Below, in pieces: positions 63,801 through 64,000 of a DNA stretch of 64,000 nucleotides. The translations under genes and the position numbers were made by a program. This DNA comes from Eledone cirrhosa (Eukaryota), in assembly GCA_964016885.1 (NCBI GenBank), contig CAXHJY010000096.1:930001-994000 (forward strand). Direction: 5' to 3'. The stretch's first letter is position 1. Every line of letters begins with the position of its first letter. The notes under the pieces were generated by a model, which ran no database searches, was not told where the DNA came from, and was given only the letters and a program-made list of their open reading frames with translations.

Positions 63801-64000
63801 GGAGATAATTTCCAGCCGTCCAAGGGGAGATAATTTTCAGCCGTCCAAGGGGAGATAATTTCCCGCCAGCCAAGGGAAGATAATATTTGAAAAAATCAGG
63901 CGGAGATAATTTGTAAAAAAAATCAGGGGGAGATAATTTGTAAAAAAATCAGGGGGAGATAATTTGTAAAAAAAAAATCAGGGGGAGATAATTTGTAAAA

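Larger units (their letters stand above)
1..64000. repeat. Two-monomer composite satellite DNA array (25-bp type A plus 26-30-bp type B, shared core GGGGAGATAATTT), running off both window ends
   Basis: Every line consists of GGGGAGATAATTTCCAGCCGTCCAA, GGGGAGATAATTTGT(A)nTCAG or close variants of them, all in the same orientation. No non-repeat sequence was seen. Confidence 0.99.

Noticed and set aside
1-64000. CRISPR-like repeat/spacer appearance (constant core plus variable segment)
   Set aside because: The core is only 13-16 bp, the intervening segments are 12-17 bp and of just two recurring types rather than unique spacers, and there is no leader or cas gene.
1-64000. Shine-Dalgarno-like AAGGAG / AAGGGGAG motifs
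   Set aside because: They are part of the repeat core and are followed by ATAA or GTAA rather than a start codon and ORF. The track shows no plus-strand ORFs.
1-64000. Telomerase-synthesised long (25-bp) telomeric repeat
   Set aside because: Variants are inherited in multi-kilobase duplicated blocks and two dissimilar monomers alternate, which fits recombinational amplification rather than templated addition. A subtelomeric location cannot be excluded.
1-64000. Canonical G-quadruplex array from the G4/G5 runs
   Set aside because: Loops between G-runs are about 21-25 nt, far longer than canonical G4 loops, so stable intramolecular G4 is not supported by sequence alone.
1-64000. Sequencing or amplification concatemer artefact
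   Set aside because: Rare variants and homopolymer lengths are reproduced consistently across distant copies in a hierarchical pattern, which random error or rolling-circle concatemers would not produce. Local misassembly of individual duplications remains possible.
1-64000. Embedded transposon, inversion or unique island
   Set aside because: None was seen on reading through. I did not see the reverse-orientation core (AAATTATCTCCCC) on the + strand, nor any non-satellite stretch.

Overview
The whole 64,000-bp window is one uninterrupted, head-to-tail satellite (tandem-repeat) array in a single orientation. I found no unique sequence, gene, RNA gene or transposon. It is built from two monomer types that share a 13-bp core, GGGGAGATAATTT. 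Type A is GGGGAGATAATTTCCAGCCGTCCAA (25 bp). Type B is GGGGAGATAATTTGT(A)7-11TCAG (26-30 bp, mostly 27-28). By length there are roughly 2,400 monomers (an estimate). They occur as alternating runs of A and runs of B. These runs form recurrent variant-marked modules of about 0.1-3 kb, which are shuffled and duplicated at many offsets (98, 496, 594, 803, 1517, 1660, 1685, 3012, 3174, 6494, 10578, about 12339, 29026 and about 40045 bp). The result is an irregular, mosaic higher-order repeat rather than a fixed-period one. All ORFs in the track are minus-strand translation artefacts of the repeat. The most notable observations are near-deterministic junction rules between A and B runs, a length-conserved T(n)A(m) boundary that slides between copies, inherited poly-A length patterns, and a near-identical ~7.8-kb duplication 40 kb apart. 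Organism and function cannot be determined from the sequence alone. Eukaryotic heterochromatic or centromeric satellite is the most plausible context (inference).
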